Assembly: GCA_963765675.1 (NCBI GenBank)
Contig: CAVXXK010000006.1
Location: forward strand, 192,001 to 256,000
Length of the DNA stretch: 64,000 nt
Source: an uncultured delta proteobacterium
GTDB taxonomy: Bacteria > Desulfobacterota > Binatia > Binatales > Binataceae
Reading direction: 5' to 3'
Every line of letters begins with the position of its first letter. The first letter of the stretch is position 1. A program made the position numbers and the translations under genes. This document shows positions 59,341-64,000 of this stretch, piece by piece. The notes below the pieces were generated by a model. That model searched no databases and had not been told where the DNA came from. It saw nothing but the letters and a program-made list of their open reading frames with translations.

Positions 59341-60363
59341 ATGAGCGAATTCATTATACCGCCCGGCGGACTAATTCCGGCGGCGGAAGTCCCGCAGCCG
59401 AATATCTTTCCGATGGAATGGCGCTGCGAGACGCCCAAGCTGCGCGAGATCTACGAGCGCGCCAAGGTCGAGGGCTTCAACCCCGCCGATATCGCGTGGG
59501 AGGAGCTCTCGCCGGAAGCGTGGAGCGACGACGAGAAAGTGGCGATCATGTATTGGTGGGCGCTGCTCTCGAACTTCGATTCGTCGGGACCGGCGGTATT
59601 CGCGCGCGCGATGATCCGCGCGTTCGAAACCCACGAGGAAGACCCGATCCGCAAGTGCTTCTTCTCAATCACCCGCGACGAGACCAATCACGAGGAGTGC
59701 TGCCAGCGCGTGATCCAGCGCCTGGTGCCGGGCGGGCCGCAGGGCTTCGCGCCCGCGAGCGAATTGCAGCGGGTCGCGCTCAACAATATCGGATGGCTTT
59801 ATCACAACGGCGGTCGCTACTGGACCGGATACAATCGCGCGATCGAGAAATATCCGCTCGCGATTATCTTCACCTCGTTCATGATGGGCGAGGTCGCGTC
59901 TTCGACGCTATTCCACGGGATGTCGCGCGCGACCACGCATCCGGTGTTCCGCGAAATCTTCACCTGCATCGGCCGCGACGAAGCGCGCCACTTGCAGATC
60001 TGCATCAACCTGCTCGAGAAGCAGTGGCCCGGCCTGACCGACGCGGATCGCGGATTCATCACCAAGCAACTGCGCGCGGGATTCGTGTTCCTCTCGATGG
60101 TGCTGTGGGAGCCGCCGAATCAGTTCTGGGATCTGCCCGACTACTTCCTGCACAACCATCGGATCCTGCTGCGCGTTGCGCGCGAGGCCGGCCTTGGCAT
60201 CCTGACCTACGAGCAGCAGGCCGATAACTGGAAGCTCGCAATCGCGCGGGTGCGCAAGCTGGTCGAGCGATGGGGCATTGCGTTTCCCGCGATTCCGGAA
60301 CTCGATATCGAGGGCGTGGACGTCGGCGACATCACGGCGGAAGATATTATTCCGGTTTTTTGA
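59341..60363 (+). CDS. ferritin-like diiron protein
   Basis: Two DExxH motifs (DETNH, DEARH) with upstream acidic ligands (NFD, GEV). Confidence 0.8.
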   Translation: MSEFIIPPGGLIPAAEVPQPNIFPMEWRCETPKLREIYERAKVEGFNPADIAWEELSPEAWSDDEKVAIMYWWALLSNFDSSGPAVFARAMIRAFETHEEDPIRKCFFSITRDETNHEECCQRVIQRLVPGGPQGFAPASELQRVALNNIGWLYHNGGRYWTGYNRAIEKYPLAIIFTSFMMGEVASSTLFHGMSRATTHPVFREIFTCIGRDEARHLQICINLLEKQWPGLTDADRGFITKQLRAGFVFLSMVLWEPPNQFWDLPDYFLHNHRILLRVAREAGLGILTYEQQADNWKLAIARVRKLVERWGIAFPAIPELDIEGVDVGDITAEDIIPVF

Positions 60364-60399
60364 TCGCCTGGAATTTTAGGCATCGCAGGAGGTAGCGCG

Positions 60400-61173
60400 A
60401 TGACTGTCGATCTTCATATCACCGGCGCGCTGGCCGAGATCGTTCTCAATCGTCCCAACAAGCTCAACGCAGTAAACGACGCGATGGCGGCCGAGCTGGG
60501 CGAGGTCTTCGATCGCGCCGAGCGCGCGGGAGTCCGCGCGCTGCTCCTGCGCGGTGAGGGCGCCGGCTTCTGCGCCGGGCGCGATCTGGCTGAAGCCGAT
60601 CCGGGCAACGAAGACGGCGAGGAGATTCTCGAACGCGTCGCCAATCCACTCATCAAGCGGCTGGCGCTTTTCCCCGCTCCGACGTTCGCCGCCGTGCATG
60701 GCGCCTGCCTGGGCCTCGGGTTTGGCCTCGCGCTTGGTTGCGACGTGGTTTATATCGCCGACGACGCGAAGATCGGCTCGCCCTTCGCGCGAATCGGCGC
60801 GGTACTCGATTCGGGCGGCCATTCGTTTCTAGCCGCGCGGATCGGGTCGCATCGCACACTTGAGCTGATCTACACCGGCCGCTTGCTCTCGGGTGCGGAG
60901 GCGGCCGCGTGGGGAATCGTCAACGCCAGTATGCCGAAAGACAAACTTCTCGAGCACGCGCGCGCGGTGGCTTCACAGGTCGCGACGGGGCCGACCGCGG
61001 CGTTCATGGAATCGAAGCGGCTCATCCGCCGCATCGACGAGGAAGCGCTCGGCCTGCTCGCGGTCTTGAAGTGCGAGGCGCGCGCGCAAGGAGTCGCGGG
61101 ACGTACCGCGGATTACAAGGAAGGAATCGGAGCGTTTCAGCAGAAGCGCGCGCCGAAGTTTACCGGCAAGTAG
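60400..61173 (+). CDS. enoyl-CoA hydratase/isomerase (PaaG-like)
   Basis: NRP.KLNA, FCAGRDL, G.C.G.G..LALGCD, IGAVLDSG (Asp at the PaaG catalytic position), EGI.AF. Confidence 0.88.
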   Translation: MTVDLHITGALAEIVLNRPNKLNAVNDAMAAELGEVFDRAERAGVRALLLRGEGAGFCAGRDLAEADPGNEDGEEILERVANPLIKRLALFPAPTFAAVHGACLGLGFGLALGCDVVYIADDAKIGSPFARIGAVLDSGGHSFLAARIGSHRTLELIYTGRLLSGAEAAAWGIVNASMPKDKLLEHARAVASQVATGPTAAFMESKRLIRRIDEEALGLLAVLKCEARAQGVAGRTADYKEGIGAFQQKRAPKFTGK

Positions 61174-61180
61174 AAAGCGT

Positions 61181-62836
61181 TCAGCGGCCGCGGCGCGGCG
61201 GATTCGCCATCCGCCGAGCAGTCTCGCCGAGTGCGCCAGCCGGATGAAAGCGGCTGTATTCTTCGACCGTCAAGCCGCGCGCGACTTCTAGCGCAACCGA
61301 TAATCCCGCCAGCACGAACACTTCCGCCAGCACGCTGATACGCGGCGCGAGGCCGAGTCCGCCGCCTTCGTGGCGCACGGGCGCATACATCACCAGGTCG
61401 GCCAGGTTCGCGAGGTCCGAGTCGCGATTTCCGGTGACCGCGATAATGTCCGCGCCCTGATCTTTGATCGCGGTCGCCGCGGTCGTGAGCTCGCTCGTGT
61501 TGCCGCTGTTCGAGATCGCGATCACAACGTCGTGCGGATGCACCTGTCCCAGGCTGCCGTGCAGCGTCTCGGTCGCGTGCAGGAAAGTCGCGGGCGTGCC
61601 GACCGAGCAGAACAGGCTGGCCGCGTAGCGCGCGACGTGTTCGGGCTTGCCGACTCCCGTCACGTGCACGCGTCCGCCGCGCGCCTGGGCAGCGCGAATC
61701 ATCTCGACCGCGCGGGCGATAGCGTCAAGGTCGAGCGCGCGATGCAGCGTCGTCAGCTCGTCGAGCGATTGGGCGAAGAAGCGATCGATCTCGCGAACCT
61801 CGCGCCGGGCCTGCTCCGCGGGCGAGGGCGGGCGCACGTCGGGAGCGATCGCGCGCGGCGCGGGTAAAGGCTCGCCGTAGAGCTTTTCGATCTCCGCGCG
61901 CAGTTCGAAGCCGTCGGGAAACGCGCCGAGCTGCGTTACGCAAACCGCGCCGGCGGCATTGGCGAGCCTGACGGCCTTGTCCCAAGGCAAGTTCCAGCGG
62001 ATCGCGGCGAGCAGTCCGCCGAGGAACGCATCGCCGGCTCCGGTTGAATCAACTTGTTTGACCGGAAATGCGGGCGCGGCGAGCGCGAGGTCTTTCGCCG
62101 CGATGACGCATCCCTGGTCGCCGAGCGTGATAATCACCGCGCGATTTTTGTACTTGGCGCGGATGCTCACCGCCTGCGCGAGTGCGTTCTTGCCCGCCGC
62201 GAGACTCGCCGCCGCGGACTTGGCAGGTTTCAGGATCGTCGCCAGGCGCATCGCGCGTTCGAGCTCCGCGCGCGTCCCGAGCATCGGCGTTGCGTCGGTG
62301 GCCGGCAGGTCGACGTCGAGGATCGTCGGAATCGAATGCGCGCGCGCAATTTTCAGAATCTCGATCACGGCGGGCAATGGAAGCTGCGAGATCTCCGTCG
62401 ATACCAGGTGCGCGCCGCGGATGAATGCGCCGTGCCGGCGCCGGACTTCCGCGGGCGTGAGCTCGGCGGTCGCGCCACGCGCCATGTAGATCGCGCGGTT
62501 TCCCGCCGAATCGACCAGCACGTTCGCGAACGAGCTCGCGCTCCCGTCGAGCGTCAGGTGGTGCACGATTCCGAAGCGATCCATTCCGGCGCGTAGAAAT
62601 TCGCCGTGTCTGTCGTCGCCTATCTTCCCGAAGATGCCGGTGCGCAGGCCGAGCACGCGCGCCCATCCGAGATGATTCAGCGTCAGGCCGCCGACGCGCG
62701 CACGCTCGATCGCGCCGTCGGAGTCGTGGGCGCTAAGCACGGTCTTTTCGTCGGCACGGATGATTCGCGGCGCGCGGTAGAAAAGGTCGACCACCATGCT
62801 GCCGCATCCGGCTACGTCGAGCTTGGTGTCAGGCAT
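61181..62836 (-). CDS. fusion of a PfkB carbohydrate kinase and a KdsD/GutQ-like SIS isomerase
   Basis: N-terminal PfkB (GKIGDD..G, DSTGAGDAF); C-terminal SIS (TGVGK..H, GTPA.FLH..E..HG.LG, ISNSG.T.E, FHPAGALG); no CBS domains. Confidence 0.88.
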   Translation of the reverse strand: MPDTKLDVAGCGSMVVDLFYRAPRIIRADEKTVLSAHDSDGAIERARVGGLTLNHLGWARVLGLRTGIFGKIGDDRHGEFLRAGMDRFGIVHHLTLDGSASSFANVLVDSAGNRAIYMARGATAELTPAEVRRRHGAFIRGAHLVSTEISQLPLPAVIEILKIARAHSIPTILDVDLPATDATPMLGTRAELERAMRLATILKPAKSAAASLAAGKNALAQAVSIRAKYKNRAVIITLGDQGCVIAAKDLALAAPAFPVKQVDSTGAGDAFLGGLLAAIRWNLPWDKAVRLANAAGAVCVTQLGAFPDGFELRAEIEKLYGEPLPAPRAIAPDVRPPSPAEQARREVREIDRFFAQSLDELTTLHRALDLDAIARAVEMIRAAQARGGRVHVTGVGKPEHVARYAASLFCSVGTPATFLHATETLHGSLGQVHPHDVVIAISNSGNTSELTTAATAIKDQGADIIAVTGNRDSDLANLADLVMYAPVRHEGGGLGLAPRISVLAEVFVLAGLSVALEVARGLTVEEYSRFHPAGALGETARRMANPPRRGR

Positions 62837-63965
62837 GGGGACGCACAGCCCGCGGAACTTCCTTGAGGTGCGGGCGCGAGCCGGTTTCGCTGACCCATCC
62901 GGCTTCGAGCGTATCGGCCGCAAACCGCCGCATCGCGCGGATGCGCGTGACAAGCTCACGGCGTTCGCCGGCTTCGAGCGTGGGCGAGCCTGCCGCGACC
63001 GCGTCGCTCTCGATCACGCCGAATTCGCGCAGCGCCGCCTTGTAGCACGCGATTACCGGACTGTAGGGTTTTCCCGAGCGCGTGAATTCGCACGCGGCGC
63101 GCAACTGACCGGTAGCTTCGGCGTAGCGCCGCATCAAGCCAGGATTTCCCGCGCGGCACACGCGCCATGCACGCTGCCACTCGCGCGGCATCACGTTCGA
63201 CGCGCCCGAGACGACGCCGTAGGGCATCGCGCGCTGAGTCAGGTAGCGGTTCCATCGATGGCGGATCGTTCCCGAGAGTCCGTCGGCGGGCGCGAACAGA
63301 TCGAAAATCAAATACGGAATTCCGGCGTACACCGCGAATTCATGCGAGAGCTTGAAGTGCGAGGCCGCGCGCGTGTAGTTGCCGAGCACGGCCTTTCCGG
63401 CTGTTACCTTGATGCCGCGCACGTACGCGAGGCGCGCCATCTGTTTCACGTCGCGTGTATGCAGATGGGGAGATTTGCCCGGCGCCGCGATGTCGGCGTT
63501 ATCGTAGAGAAAAATCGGAATCGTCTTGCCTCGGCGTATGAAGACTGCACCGATCTCGCGCTCGACGAACTCGGGCGGCGCGGCGAGATCTCGAATCGAA
63601 AGCGGAGCGATCACCGCGGCGTCGGCGTCGAGATCGAGTGCATACTCGAGGTTCGCGATCGTCTCGGCGCGCGTATGCGCGGTGATTCCGGCCCACGCCT
63701 CGACCTTGCGCCCGATGCGCGCCGAGATGCGGCGGCATTCGTCCACCGCGATCCGCATCACGTCCTGCCGGCGTGGATTATCGATCCGGTCCCATTCCCC
63801 GGTCGTGCCCGCGGCGAACACGATGTCGGCGCCGCGTCCGTCCTGTACGACGAAACGCACCAGGGCGCGCTGCTCGTCGTCCAGCACGCGGCCCTCGCGA
63901 TCGAAGATGGTGACGATCGGCGTCGAGAGTCCGGGGCGCGGAAGGTATTCGTCAATTGATGGCAT
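62829..63965 (-). CDS. DapA/NanA-family class I aldolase
   Basis: P.VT.FD, GTTGE, FLYDN (Tyr), RGIKVT (Schiff-base Lys); extra insertions relative to DapA. Confidence 0.85.
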   Translation of the reverse strand: MPSIDEYLPRPGLSTPIVTIFDREGRVLDDEQRALVRFVVQDGRGADIVFAAGTTGEWDRIDNPRRQDVMRIAVDECRRISARIGRKVEAWAGITAHTRAETIANLEYALDLDADAAVIAPLSIRDLAAPPEFVEREIGAVFIRRGKTIPIFLYDNADIAAPGKSPHLHTRDVKQMARLAYVRGIKVTAGKAVLGNYTRAASHFKLSHEFAVYAGIPYLIFDLFAPADGLSGTIRHRWNRYLTQRAMPYGVVSGASNVMPREWQRAWRVCRAGNPGLMRRYAEATGQLRAACEFTRSGKPYSPVIACYKAALREFGVIESDAVAAGSPTLEAGERRELVTRIRAMRRFAADTLEAGWVSETGSRPHLKEVPRAVRPHA

Positions 63966-64000
63966 CGCGGAAATCCTAGCAGAAAGCGCGTCGATCCGCT

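Overview
High-GC bacterial chromosomal window, densely coding (about 67 CDS), with no rRNA, tRNA, CRISPR array, integrase or transposase that I can see. Gene content and style suggest Candidatus Binatota or a related deltaproteobacteria-like soil lineage (inference). Housekeeping genes (fabH, fabF, tkt, pgl, typA, cutA, hisC, pth, tyrS, nadA-nrtR, degP) alternate with lipid, aromatic and CoA metabolism genes and regulators. Most notable: (1) a terminator-bounded divergent module at 17.3-19.8 kb pairing an ImmA/IrrE-type HExxH metallopeptidase and an XRE repressor with an orphan LuxI/FeeM-like GNAT-fold gene, with an unannotated hydrophobic 36-aa ORF and terminator between them; (2) a DapA-family aldolase plus a PfkB kinase-KdsD-like isomerase fusion that could form a Kdo or D-arabinose salvage route; (3) a PaaR-like TetR, single-chain diiron protein and PaaG-like crotonase cassette; (4) a tandem ABC-permease duplication joined by a 30-aa translational-coupling bridge ORF; (5) a sigma54 promoter on a 63-aa orphan directly below an NtrC-type two-component system; (6) three families of REP-like palindromic repeats; (7) three probable single-base frameshifts that may be sequencing errors. 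All product calls come from motif recognition by eye; no database searches were run.
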